64,000 bases of DNA from a virus (IMGVR_UViG_3300044695_005677:1847-65846); one strand, 5' to 3'; shown: positions 48,922 to 58,319, counted from the first letter of the stretch. Notes: a model not told the origin generated them from the letters alone. Made by a program: numbers and translations.

Positions 48922-51038
48922 TTTTTGTAGAATTTTACGATGTCACCGTCTGCTGCCAGAGGCATGCCCTCGGCCCATTCTGGTAGCTCCACAAGGAGCT
49001 TTGTGAACTCTTCAAGGCTTTGACCCTTTTCGGGGTAGAAGTGCGCCAGAGCCTCATCGTGGATCAAAGCGACGATCTCGTAGCCCTTGGACTCGGCGTT
49101 GATCGCTCCATGCGCCATGAAGTCAGCAGCAATACCCTGAATACAGTTTTCAACGAACACGCCACCGTGCGTCGATATCGATCCCCAGTGGGCGCTGTTG
49201 GGTATCTTGCCGTAGAAGGTGATGACATCGGCAATCCTCGCCTCTGGGTAGATCGCCATAACCTTCTGGACCTGAGCCTCGCTTGGCATAAGGATTTTCT
49301 TCCAGTCGCCTTTTTCAATCTTGATACCCTCAGGAGTTTTGGTCTTTTTGACCTCTTGCCATACCAGTTGCTGTTTGATGTCGGGCCTTGGATAAGCAAT
49401 CAGTCTTTGGCTAGGCAGGGACATAAACAAAAACCGCTCACCAGATATCTTTTTGGTGCGGAAACTGCAACCGACCCCAAAGGTAAACTCACGGGAAGGA
49501 AACTTTATCGCGCTCTTGGCAGCGGTCTCACACTGTTTCCACAGGCCAACGATTTTGGGACTTGCCTCTCTCCATGCCTTTACGATCTCGGGCAGTTCCT
49601 TCTCGATGAGACCCTGTTTGATAGCGCCCATCTTTACCATTGCCCCGACACCACCTCGATAAGCCAATGCAAGTTCGGCCACCTTCCCTTTTTGACGCAG
49701 GGGATGATGCTTTCCGTTCTTTTTCCTGTAGTCATCGAACTCGGAAAGAGGGACGTTGAACATCGTCGATGCAGAGGCTTCGTAAATCCGGCCATGCGTG
49801 TTGAACACATCCAGTCTCCACTGCTCTCCCGCCTGCCAAGCAATGATGCGTGCCTCGATGGACGAATAGTCCACATCGAGCATCGGTGAGTCATGCTGAA
49901 TGAAGTGCCTGATGCAGGAGGATATGACCTCTAGAGGTGGGCCATAGACAAGCTCCAGCCAGTCCGATGAGCATCCGTCGCAGATGTCCTTGTAGGCTTG
50001 CTCAGAGAGGCTTTCCATGAAGGCTGCGGGTCTCTTAAAGTTCTGGGGCTGCACAAGCGAAGCAGACCATCTTCCTGTCCCTGCACCGTGGTAGGTGAGA
50101 GTTCCACGGACTCGGTTATCGTGTGGACCCGCGCAGGCCAGCATCGACTTGATCTTGGCAAGGCTGGCAAAGGTGATGAGCTTCTTGATCTTCAAGGCTT
50201 TCCCAAGCTCGGTGTCTTCCTCAAAAGACTCATCGGCTAAGACTTCATCCAGTGTAGCGGACTGAAGGTTGTCCGGCTTAAAACCGCGCTCCTTGAGCCA
50301 CCCCATGAACCGTTCACGCTGCGTGTGCTTTAAGCCTGTGAGTTCGGTGAATATCTTCCCCAGTCTTTCTGTCTCCTCATCGACGAGGATATCGGCCTTG
50401 CGTAACGCATCAAGGTTTACGGGGAACCCGCGTGAGTTGATCGCCATGTCTAGGGCAAAGACTTGCTCCGCGCTATCGGAGGAAAAGAAGCCGATCTTTT
50501 TGTGTATCTCCTGCTCGACCCGAACGTCCTGAAGACAGTAGTCACAGAATTGCTGGAAGGCTTCTGCGTCATCTTCCGGATCGATAAACTCTCCGGTGCT
50601 CTTCTGCGGTATCGAGAATTTGCGTATCAGGTCCATCCCTTTGCTATCCTTCTGGTTCTTCAGTTGCAGGAACTCAGCAAGGTTCTTGAGAGACGCTGGC
50701 AAAGCGGCACGCCTGCCCATTGCAGCGGTGCAGCGCCATTTACTGTGGGCGGGTGGGGATATACCAAAAGTCTTTCGGAAAAGAGCGTCTGAGATCGCTA
50801 CCTCAAACGGCGCATTGTGGGCATAGATAACGGCATCCGGATTGCCCGTCATAAGATGCAGCAGGTCTACGACCTCTTGCGTCATGGCTTGATCACAGCG
50901 CCAGATGACTGGCTCATTATCACCTTCAGCGATAGCCGCGCAGAGAATCTCAGTGCTTGGATCATTGGCATATCGGTATGCACCAACGTCCTGCAAGTCT
51001 GCCCGTGAGCGTGTTTCGTAATCTAGGTGTATGTGCAT
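48918..51038 (-). CDS. Family A DNA polymerase with 3'-5' exonuclease (APSE/Bcep-type)
   Basis: DYETRS, AHNAPFE, GTGRWS, motif A DYSSIEAR, motif B RQKGKVAELALAY, motif C HDE. Confidence 0.95.
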   Translation of the reverse strand: MHIHLDYETRSRADLQDVGAYRYANDPSTEILCAAIAEGDNEPVIWRCDQAMTQEVVDLLHLMTGNPDAVIYAHNAPFEVAISDALFRKTFGISPPAHSKWRCTAAMGRRAALPASLKNLAEFLQLKNQKDSKGMDLIRKFSIPQKSTGEFIDPEDDAEAFQQFCDYCLQDVRVEQEIHKKIGFFSSDSAEQVFALDMAINSRGFPVNLDALRKADILVDEETERLGKIFTELTGLKHTQRERFMGWLKERGFKPDNLQSATLDEVLADESFEEDTELGKALKIKKLITFASLAKIKSMLACAGPHDNRVRGTLTYHGAGTGRWSASLVQPQNFKRPAAFMESLSEQAYKDICDGCSSDWLELVYGPPLEVISSCIRHFIQHDSPMLDVDYSSIEARIIAWQAGEQWRLDVFNTHGRIYEASASTMFNVPLSEFDDYRKKNGKHHPLRQKGKVAELALAYRGGVGAMVKMGAIKQGLIEKELPEIVKAWREASPKIVGLWKQCETAAKSAIKFPSREFTFGVGCSFRTKKISGERFLFMSLPSQRLIAYPRPDIKQQLVWQEVKKTKTPEGIKIEKGDWKKILMPSEAQVQKVMAIYPEARIADVITFYGKIPNSAHWGSISTHGGVFVENCIQGIAADFMAHGAINAESKGYEIVALIHDEALAHFYPEKGQSLEEFTKLLVELPEWAEGMPLAADGDIVKFYKK

Positions 51039-51094
51039 ATTATTGTTAAATTAAAGCGGCAACCCGTTTCCGAATTACCGCATAACCGTATAGG

Positions 51095-51319
51095 TTAGGA
51101 GTTAAACACCCTTTTATTCCTCCTGAACACAATAAAAGCAAGCCCAATAAGAGCTAACAAAAAAGTAGTCGGTTCTGGAGTGCACAAATGGTGGTCGTCC
51201 TTTTTGCGGTGATCGCTGGCTATAGAACTATAGTCGAGCGTATACCCATTATTAAGGCGTATAGGCTCGGCAAAGTCATTTCCGCAATCGTCTTCATTCT
51301 CGTCGTCAGGTATGGTCAT
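51095..51319 (-). CDS. Small PEP-CTERM sorting-domain protein
   Basis: C-terminus TPEPTTFLLALIGLAFIVFRRNKR = PEP, TM helix, basic cluster; ATGA-coupled start at 51319. Confidence 0.75.
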   Translation of the reverse strand: MTIPDDENEDDCGNDFAEPIRLNNGYTLDYSSIASDHRKKDDHHLCTPEPTTFLLALIGLAFIVFRRNKRVFNS

Positions 51320-51549
51320 GATAAGTTGGAAAAGTGGTCTTTTATCTTTACCCATTCTGCCCGCAAAATAAAGTAAATAGGCATCAAAAAATAGAAGGGT
51401 ATCAGATTTAAGATAGCTTCTTTTTTCTTATGGAAGAACTTATCGCTGCAATGACCTGCATCGAGCACATCTAAGCAAAAGAATAGCGCGATGCAGGATA
51501 CCTGCATTCCGTAAATAAGCAGAACGCTTTTTATGGCTATAGAGTCCAT
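51316..51549 (-). CDS. Small two-TM membrane protein
   Basis: Two hydrophobic segments; AT-rich; TAATG overlap. Confidence 0.6.
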   Translation of the reverse strand: MDSIAIKSVLLIYGMQVSCIALFFCLDVLDAGHCSDKFFHKKKEAILNLIPFYFLMPIYFILRAEWVKIKDHFSNLS

Positions 51550-51791
51550 TAGCACTTCCAGCGTTTTCTTGCGGCGACTCCACGTTCGCCCGTCCATGAG
51601 GAACTGCGAGCGCAGAAGCTGGCCTTGCGACCTTTCTCTGCGGGTGTCTTTGGGCTGGGTGCTGGTGCCTTCAGGTTTGACCCTGTGGCTGCGTTGTATT
51701 TGGCTCTGCCCTTGGCAGTGAGTCCGGCACCTTTCGATACTGGGAGCTTTTCACCTCGTCCGACTGATAAGTTTGGCTTCTTTTTAGGCAT
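51549..51791 (-). CDS. Basic phage protein (DUF6321-like)
   Basis: GLTAKGRA.YN..TGSNLKAP...RKASFCAR...ARKRWKC. Confidence 0.75.
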   Translation of the reverse strand: MPKKKPNLSVGRGEKLPVSKGAGLTAKGRAKYNAATGSNLKAPAPSPKTPAEKGRKASFCARSSSWTGERGVAARKRWKC

Positions 51792-51862
51792 GGTAGTATT
51801 GGGTTTGGTTTCACTGAAAAGGCATGTTTTACTGTGCAGTAAAACAAGGGGTTTGAGTAAAT

Positions 51863-51986
51863 TGGTGAGTATGGCAGAAATCGAATCTGCGAGCGTCTTG
51901 TAAACCTGTAAAGGTGTGATGTGTCTAGCGCATCATTCCAACCCGCTTTTCCTAGTGTCAAACTTAAACCTCTCGTTCACATACTC
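51863..51986 (-). ncRNA. tRNA-like RNA (124 nt) with abnormal anticodon/variable region
   Basis: Acceptor GAGTATG/CATACTC plus A-CCA; U8; D-arm AAC-GAGAGGTTTAA-GTT; T-arm GCAGA-TTCGATT-TCTGC; 70 nt between the D and T arms. Confidence 0.65.
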
Positions 51987-52131
51987 AGATGGTGCTCGTC
52001 GTTACAGTGACGAAGCCGAGGCTGGCAGGTGCAATAGACTCTACATTCTGCGATTACGCTGGAGTAACAGCGGTTCCCATGTCTGGTGCTCCTTGACCTC
52101 TCGGTATTCAGAACGCTAACCCAGTCTTGTC

Positions 52132-52365
52132 TTACATGGAAAGTCTTTCGCCCTTATCGGTGTGCAGAGGTTCAAGGGGAACCCGCCACACTTCCAAGGC
52201 TCCGCCCACTTTGTATTGGACGAGCGCCCAGATGGTGCCTTTGACCCTCTGCATGTCCTTGACGACATTCTGAAGGAAAGGCTCTTCTGGATTGGAGGGA
52301 ATGGTCAGGGGCTTCATGCCCTGTGCAACTGCTTCGGCGCGGGAGATAGTTTTGAATGTGCTCAT
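52132..52365 (-). CDS. Hypothetical protein
   Basis: MSTFKTISRAE..., 77 aa. Confidence 0.55.
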   Translation of the reverse strand: MSTFKTISRAEAVAQGMKPLTIPSNPEEPFLQNVVKDMQRVKGTIWALVQYKVGGALEVWRVPLEPLHTDKGERLSM

Positions 52366-52456
52366 AGATAAAAGAAGAAAAGAGAAGGGGTCGCTCCGCC
52401 CCCTGTTGCCCCGTGCTTTGTGGAATCGCATGCGCCGCCACACGGTCTCAGATTTG

Positions 52457-53047
52457 TTACACGTCGTCCTCGTCGAGTTCTTCGACCTCAAACACGTCTT
52501 CGGCTTTCACGCCTCCGCCACCAAATGGTGTGCCGTGCCCCTTGAACTGCACCGCATCAAGAGATGCGAAGCAGCCGTTGCCGCCTTTGTCCTTGTCCTT
52601 GATCGCGTAAATCGTGATCTGGACATTCACATAGCATCCATTATAGGGCTTGCCATCTTCGGCGCTGAGGGGAGTTAGGTCGCAATCAACGATAGGGAAT
52701 TTCTTCCCGTTGGTGACGCTGACGATAATCATCCCCGCGTAGCCATCATACGGCTCGCCAGTCTTCTCGGAGATTTGGTCGTCCCCTTTCTTGATGCAAA
52801 GACGCTTTGGGTCTTTGTATTCCATCTCGCGCCCGAACTTCTCGATCTCAACGTCCTTGCGGGCTTTGAGGAGCAGTTTCAGGTTGTTCTTCCCTTCGAC
52901 CGTGTTCGGGTCGATGATCAGGTTGGCGCGATACTTGAGAGGACCGTCTTTAACGGACGCGCTCTGAGTGAACAGCGACGAGAAGCTGAGACGGACATTG
53001 CGAAGGCGGACCTTTGCAGGGTTAGTTTGGGTGGGTGTAGTAGACAT
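52457..53047 (-). CDS. Single-stranded DNA-binding protein (DUF2815-like)
   Basis: LRNVRLSF..LF, YNGCYVN, L.AVQF...G.PFGGG and an acidic tail. Confidence 0.9.
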   Translation of the reverse strand: MSTTPTQTNPAKVRLRNVRLSFSSLFTQSASVKDGPLKYRANLIIDPNTVEGKNNLKLLLKARKDVEIEKFGREMEYKDPKRLCIKKGDDQISEKTGEPYDGYAGMIIVSVTNGKKFPIVDCDLTPLSAEDGKPYNGCYVNVQITIYAIKDKDKGGNGCFASLDAVQFKGHGTPFGGGGVKAEDVFEVEELDEDDV

Positions 53048-53145
53048 TTGTCGGTGGTTTTGTGGGTTTTTGGTTGAAGACCGTTGGGTTGCCCTTCGAT
53101 CTGAATGAGACTCTATTCTGTTTCCAGAAGAGAGTCAAAGTGTTT

Positions 53146-54327
53146 TTAGCAGATATCTGAAGATTCATCTTCAAATGATTCGGTAGCGAGGATGTATTCA
53201 GGGCGAGTATCGTCCTCTGAGGCCAGTGTCGGGCCACCTTCCGGCTTAATGATAAGCGTCTGAATCTTGGCCCATGTTTCTTTTGGGAAATCAAATTCAA
53301 ACTCGCTGACCTTGCTTGGGGAAATGAGTTCTTCAGTAATCACGTCTTCGCGTTTGCAGTTCTCAAGCAGTAGCTCCTTGGCCTTGTCTTTATCAATCCA
53401 CTTGCGGTGACCACCTTTGCCTTGAACGAGCTTCATGTTAGGCAGTGTTTTGCCATCAAGCGCCATCTCAAGAGCATACTCTTCAAGTTTAGATAGCCAT
53501 TTCTTGATTTCAGAAGCCTTGAGCAGCATCCTCGACAAGATGTCTGGAGTGATGTCTGCGGCTTTCGGCAATGCCTTTGGCTCGGCTTTGCCCTTCACTA
53601 CTTTCTCAAGCGGTGTATCACCAAGCATCCACGCCACACGGGCTGTGCAAAACGAGGATGCCGGACAAAACTGACACGTGTCACTGCTTGGTGCGAATTT
53701 CAAAGTCATGGCTTTGGCCTTGATATCTTCTGCTGGGCCGAGAATTCTGTCATCAGTGAACTGAACCAGTTCGGAGTAGCTGACTGTCCATGTGGATACC
53801 TTGTCTCCTTGACGAACCCTTGGCTGCACAATGTGCATACTGATTTTGAAATCTTTCGGTGGGTTGAGCTTCTGCTGTTTGATCATACTGCGTGCGTAGA
53901 TCGCCATTTGCAGATTCTCAAAAGCGTTGACTGCCACACCGACACCATACTTGTAGTCGATGATGTGGATGTCCGTTTCGCTGACAGAGCAGTAGTCGAC
54001 GTAGCCGTTGCGACCACTCATGTAAAAGAGGTCCACCTTCAACTCCGAGCACCAGAACACTGCGTCACCCTGACGTTCGCGACAGAACTTCACAAAGTCT
54101 TTGGCATGTCCGATCATCTCCGCCGTTGCTTTTTCGGGGAGACCCCTAAAGTCATTCTGGTCATCGCGCTTCAGGAATGCTTCGACCACGGTGTGAGCGA
54201 TAGTTCCTTCAACCGAGTATTCAGTATTCTGCGGAGGTATACGGTCGGCATTCTCTGCGACGTATTGGGGTTGTGCGGTGCATTCTGTCCATGTTTTTGC
54301 CGCTGAGGCATTGAGGTTTATTTTCAT
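53146..54327 (-). CDS. Cas4-like PD-(D/E)xK exonuclease (DUF2800-like)
   Basis: W..C, EGT.AH, GYVD, IIDYKYG.G, N.Q..IYA, CQFCPA..FC. Confidence 0.9.
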   Translation of the reverse strand: MKINLNASAAKTWTECTAQPQYVAENADRIPPQNTEYSVEGTIAHTVVEAFLKRDDQNDFRGLPEKATAEMIGHAKDFVKFCRERQGDAVFWCSELKVDLFYMSGRNGYVDYCSVSETDIHIIDYKYGVGVAVNAFENLQMAIYARSMIKQQKLNPPKDFKISMHIVQPRVRQGDKVSTWTVSYSELVQFTDDRILGPAEDIKAKAMTLKFAPSSDTCQFCPASSFCTARVAWMLGDTPLEKVVKGKAEPKALPKAADITPDILSRMLLKASEIKKWLSKLEEYALEMALDGKTLPNMKLVQGKGGHRKWIDKDKAKELLLENCKREDVITEELISPSKVSEFEFDFPKETWAKIQTLIIKPEGGPTLASEDDTRPEYILATESFEDESSDIC

Positions 54328-54389
54328 AGGGTGATACCGCCAAAGGGCGATGACCCGAAGATCATCGCCCGATTGCGGGGTTGGCTCGA

Positions 54390-54872
54390 CTATGCCTGCT
54401 GACGCTCCAAGAGTTCCTGAATCTTTTCGTGGAACTTGGCCCGCATGGCTGGATCAGTCATCGTGCGTGCTGGTGCCTGATAGTTCAGGACGTCCTTCTT
54501 GAACGCGATGAGTTCGGCGATGAGTTCCTTGCTCGGGCGGAGAGGCTCCATGATCTCCACAAGCTCTTCGCCTGTTGGCACCCACTCTCCCTCGTCGTCA
54601 TCTTCTTCGGAGTCTGGAGCGGAGACGACTGCCACAGGCTCAGGAGCGGCTACAGGAGCCTCTACAGGAGCCGCAGCAGGGGTCGCCTTGGTCTTCTTAC
54701 CCTTTTCCTTTTTGCCTGCGTCTGGGAGCGTTTCTGGCGCTGTTTCAGGATACGGCGTGGTTGGTGCGGAAGCAGGCTGGCAGAAGCCGCTGACCGCCGA
54801 TGTGTTTCGATCAATCGCTGCGATAAGGGGAGCGATGAGTGTGGAGAATACTGCGTTTAGGAGGTCTTTCAT
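54390..54872 (-). CDS. Hypothetical replication-module protein with A/P/E-rich linker
   Basis: 160 aa in the usual position upstream of a DUF2800-like gene. Confidence 0.7.
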   Translation of the reverse strand: MKDLLNAVFSTLIAPLIAAIDRNTSAVSGFCQPASAPTTPYPETAPETLPDAGKKEKGKKTKATPAAAPVEAPVAAPEPVAVVSAPDSEEDDDEGEWVPTGEELVEIMEPLRPSKELIAELIAFKKDVLNYQAPARTMTDPAMRAKFHEKIQELLERQQA

Positions 54873-54926
54873 TGGTTTATTGGGGTGGGTTTGTTTTGTT
54901 TTCTTTCGCCTTATGGCTACAGGAAA

Positions 54927-55106
54927 TTATCGACGGACTAGCCGTGGCTTTTCAAGCTCGAAATGGTGTTTGAGGGCTAACTTTCGCAGGACTTTCATCT
55001 CTGCTTTGCAACGCTTTTCAGTGAGTGTGATCGAATAGCCTGCGTCAAGTATGCTCTTCGCTCGTTTTAATAAATCAAGCTGTTCTTTGTCTGTTTTCAT
55101 TTCCAT
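54927..55106 (-). CDS. Small basic hypothetical protein
   Basis: MEMKTDKEQLDLLKRAK... Confidence 0.5.
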   Translation of the reverse strand: MEMKTDKEQLDLLKRAKSILDAGYSITLTEKRCKAEMKVLRKLALKHHFELEKPRLVRR

Positions 55107-55113
55107 TTTGTGC

Positions 55114-57744
55114 TTAACAGATGTCTTCATCTCTGGGTTCATTTTCTGTGTCGTTCGGTTCTTTGTTGTGTCGTTGCTTTGCCACTTCACGGACCTGATC
55201 AGGACTAAGCCCGACGAGTTCACCACACTTGACCCAGAGGTGTTCGCGTGTTCCGTTAATGTAAGTCCCTTTGCCCTCGACGCGGATGTAGTTCTCATCC
55301 CGCAGTCTCTTGGCAATACGTGGTGCGCTCTCGCGTATTCCCTCAAACTCAAGGGCTGCTTTCAAGACGCTTGAAGAAATCAGGTCGCGCTGGATCAAAG
55401 GATGATCTCCTTCAAAGACCAGTTGCCTTATGGTGGCTGTGAGTTCATCAGCACTGTCTTCGACTACCTCGTCGAGATACTTGGTCTTTGGTGCCCTACC
55501 ATCGCACGGGAAGTCGTCGGAAATTTCATGGGTCTCAAAGAAGTAGCGCAGACCTGCTGCGTTCTCCGTGATCATGTCGAAGAGTTCATTGAAGTAGTTT
55601 TCACCAAGGTCTTTGACCTGCTGCTCAGTTTGCAATGCGGACTTCACAACGAAGTAGCGGCGACTGCCACTCATGAGCGCCAGAGCGTCATGGAAGTTCG
55701 TAAACATCACGTAGTTGGTCGTGTTGTCCACGGTTCTAACCGAGCGATTCCTCTGGGTGATGGCAATCCGGTCATCAGTGACCAAGTCCTTCAACCTGTT
55801 CATCACATCGTGACGGTTATGCCCTGCGACACGGATTTCCCCGATGATGATGATCTGCGAACCGTAGCTCCAGTCGTTCCACGGGGACCGGATGGCATCG
55901 TTGTTGACGTAGTTGACGTTCTCGGCACCGACGATGGCCGACATCATCTTCGCGAAGAAAGTTTTACCGCATCCTTCAGCCCCTTGGATAAGCAATGACC
56001 AGCGTATCTTTTTCCCCGTGAACTGGACGACATGCGCGATGTAGTCGGTGATGACTCGACGGTATTCAGGCTCATGGACGAGATGCTCCATGTGCCTGTT
56101 CCAGAGTGCTCCGGCCTTGTCCGCGTTCGTCTTGTCTGCCTTCGGGTATGACCGACGATACGTGTTCACATACTTGACCCCTTCCGGAGTCTCGATGTAG
56201 ATGTCCTTCGGATTCGTCGGGTCGTAAGTGTAGTCTTCCACGATCAGGCACTGCTTGTGGTGGAGCAGGTAGTTTCGAGGCAGGTAGAGCGGCTTGTTGA
56301 GTTCAGCCTGCGTGACTTCACGTCCTGCGGCAATGATCTGTTCTTCTGTCGGTAGCAGGTATCGACCGAAGGCTGAGTCGAGGGCTTCAGCAGAGAGCTT
56401 CTGATGGGTTGAAGCCTTGTAGAACATCTCCTCTGAGGTGACATAGCACCATCCTTTTGACCATGCTGGCTCGTCTTTCTCCTCTGTGTCCTGCTTGCGC
56501 TCACGGTGGTCCCTGAGCTTCTTGAGGTCTTTACGCAGAGCGATTACCGTGACGGTCTCCTGACGCTTCTCACGCAGTGTAGAGCGTATGGCTGTGAGTA
56601 GCATGTCCTCCTCAACCGATGTCAGCAGGGGCAAGCCCGCGACTTTGCTCAGAGCGGTATTGGAGAAATCGTAAAGCGTCCTCGCTGTTTCAGTGATATA
56701 GGTCATCACCGAATTAAAGCAGGCTTCCTTGACCTCTCCGGCGCTGTATCCTGCGTCTGATGCCCGCTTGATCAGGGTGCGGATCGTGACGGGAATACGA
56801 CCTTTCGGGCTGGGCTTCGCGCTGTTCCATTTTGCCCGTGTATCTTCCTGCGATACATACTTGCTCCCCTTTGCTGACCACTGGTCGAACATCGTGTAGG
56901 CTTCCTCCTCTTCAGGAGTGAAGCTGAACTGGTGCTTGAGAGCAGCGCAGACCTCAAACCACTCTGGGTAGGACATGTCTGGACTGAGTGAATACAGGAC
57001 AGGTCGAGTCGCCTCGATGGTCATCCCCTCAAGCTGGGCACGCAGGTATTCAAGACCATCGTCATCATCCGACGCCTTATTCGGGGCTTTCTTTTGCGGC
57101 TTCGACGGGTCGGTCTCTTCGATGTGCGCTGTTGTGAACGGCTCCCCCTTGACGTTGCTGTAGACCATCGGGTGCTCGATGTCTGGGTCTTGATCGAGGA
57201 ACAGACTCGGGCAGATCATCGGCTGGTTAGGAACCATCGACTCGCGTGTCACGTTGACCAGCCCCACGTTTTTAGCTATGGTTCGGACTGCCCTAGGATA
57301 GTCAGCCAGAGAGATGCCTTCAGCATCGACGACGATACGCATCCTCGGTTTTGCCTTGGTCGATGAGGCGGTCTCAAACGCGGCGAAGGAGAAGGGGGCC
57401 AGCAGTCGGGCCAAGCTGGATGGGTTTGCGACAAACGGCGCTGCCGGACACAACCCATCCTTCTCTTCATCGAGATCAAGGAATAGGACATTGCAGCAGT
57501 CGTTCGCGTTCTCGATTGCCCTGCTTGTCTGTAGCTCCTTGAAGGTGCAGGCCACCAAGTAGGGTGAGTCCTTTGCGTCCAGCTTGTCTGCCTTGGTTGT
57601 CAGACCAAGGTAGTGCTCCCGTGTCACGTTCAGCTTGAACGCTGGCTCAAGATGACGTTGCACCAATTCGCGGAAGTTGCGGGCCGATGAGGCACCTACT
57701 CGGCTGGTCTTTACCGAATTACCAAAGAAATATCTGTTGGGCAT
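55114..57744 (-). CDS. Primase-helicase (primase-polymerase, PriCT-2, SF3/DUF5906-like ATPase)
   Basis: FLDLD, YPEWFEVCAALKH...FDQWS.KGSKY, GAEGCGKT, SRRYFVV. Confidence 0.9.
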   Translation of the reverse strand: MPNRYFFGNSVKTSRVGASSARNFRELVQRHLEPAFKLNVTREHYLGLTTKADKLDAKDSPYLVACTFKELQTSRAIENANDCCNVLFLDLDEEKDGLCPAAPFVANPSSLARLLAPFSFAAFETASSTKAKPRMRIVVDAEGISLADYPRAVRTIAKNVGLVNVTRESMVPNQPMICPSLFLDQDPDIEHPMVYSNVKGEPFTTAHIEETDPSKPQKKAPNKASDDDDGLEYLRAQLEGMTIEATRPVLYSLSPDMSYPEWFEVCAALKHQFSFTPEEEEAYTMFDQWSAKGSKYVSQEDTRAKWNSAKPSPKGRIPVTIRTLIKRASDAGYSAGEVKEACFNSVMTYITETARTLYDFSNTALSKVAGLPLLTSVEEDMLLTAIRSTLREKRQETVTVIALRKDLKKLRDHRERKQDTEEKDEPAWSKGWCYVTSEEMFYKASTHQKLSAEALDSAFGRYLLPTEEQIIAAGREVTQAELNKPLYLPRNYLLHHKQCLIVEDYTYDPTNPKDIYIETPEGVKYVNTYRRSYPKADKTNADKAGALWNRHMEHLVHEPEYRRVITDYIAHVVQFTGKKIRWSLLIQGAEGCGKTFFAKMMSAIVGAENVNYVNNDAIRSPWNDWSYGSQIIIIGEIRVAGHNRHDVMNRLKDLVTDDRIAITQRNRSVRTVDNTTNYVMFTNFHDALALMSGSRRYFVVKSALQTEQQVKDLGENYFNELFDMITENAAGLRYFFETHEISDDFPCDGRAPKTKYLDEVVEDSADELTATIRQLVFEGDHPLIQRDLISSSVLKAALEFEGIRESAPRIAKRLRDENYIRVEGKGTYINGTREHLWVKCGELVGLSPDQVREVAKQRHNKEPNDTENEPRDEDIC

Positions 57745-57745
57745 G

Positions 57746-57994
57746 TTATGCTCCTGTGAGTACTTTTAACGAGACTTCTAACACTTCAGCCAAGGCCACA
57801 AGCGTGCTTGTGTTTGGCATTCTTAGCCCTCTTTCAAGTTCAGATATGGTCCCGATGCCAACACCGCTTTCTGCCACCATTTGCTCCAAGGTCATGCCCT
57901 TTTCAAGGCGTGCAGAGAGTAGCTTTTCCCCGAGTAGCTTCGCATCTTTCATGCGCTTCTGTCGGGACTTGGTGGCTTTGGCTTTGTCGATCAT
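57746..57994 (-). CDS. Xre-family HTH transcriptional regulator
   Basis: RLEKGMTLEQM..ESGVG.GTISELERG.R.P...TL..LA.VL.VSL. Confidence 0.9.
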   Translation of the reverse strand: MIDKAKATKSRQKRMKDAKLLGEKLLSARLEKGMTLEQMVAESGVGIGTISELERGLRMPNTSTLVALAEVLEVSLKVLTGA

Positions 57995-58029
57995 CGGTTT
58001 CCACAAACTGAAACATGAAAGCCAATGCG

Positions 58030-58317
58030 TCAAGCTATATCGTCCGCCCGAAACCTGCGCTTGAGCATGTTCGCGTAGCCAATACAGCACCCAATCCGGT
58101 CAGCATTGCCCTTGTCATCGAGCAGTGGAGAGAACAAGGTCAGGTCATACTTCGGGGGACGACCACTTCCCGCTTTGCGCGGGCCTTTGGGCAGACCCTT
58201 GGTGCGCCTGTAGTAGCGCACCGCTGTCTCCTTCAGCCCGTTGTTTTTAGCTAGGTCGTGGTCCGAATAAGTGACCCAGTCCTCTTGCGATATAAGTTTC
58301 AGTGTATCTTTGCTCAT
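58030..58317 (-). CDS. Small HTH-like protein
   Basis: DW...SD..LA...G.....V..YRR, similar to the 46.2-46.9 kb genes. Confidence 0.6.
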   Translation of the reverse strand: MSKDTLKLISQEDWVTYSDHDLAKNNGLKETAVRYYRRTKGLPKGPRKAGSGRPPKYDLTLFSPLLDDKGNADRIGCCIGYANMLKRRFRADDIA

Positions 58318-58319
58318 GA

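Noticed and set aside
49020-49889. 289-aa ORF antisense to the DNA polymerase (and similar shadows opposite the primase and nuclease)
   Set aside because: Shadow ORFs with no recognisable protein features.
51863-51986. Calling the tRNA-like RNA a Pro(AGG) tRNA or an amber (CTA) suppressor
   Set aside because: Neither triplet sits in a canonical 5-bp stem with a 7-nt loop, and genes ending in TAG appear to terminate normally, so there is no sign of recoding.
53146-54327. Cas4-like gene as evidence of CRISPR-Cas
   Set aside because: A standard stand-alone phage exonuclease within the SSB-PolA-helicase module.
54337-54381. Hairpin GGGCGATGA/TCATCGCCC between replication genes
   Set aside because: Single copy without a U-tract or attC ends; probably an ordinary mRNA stability hairpin.
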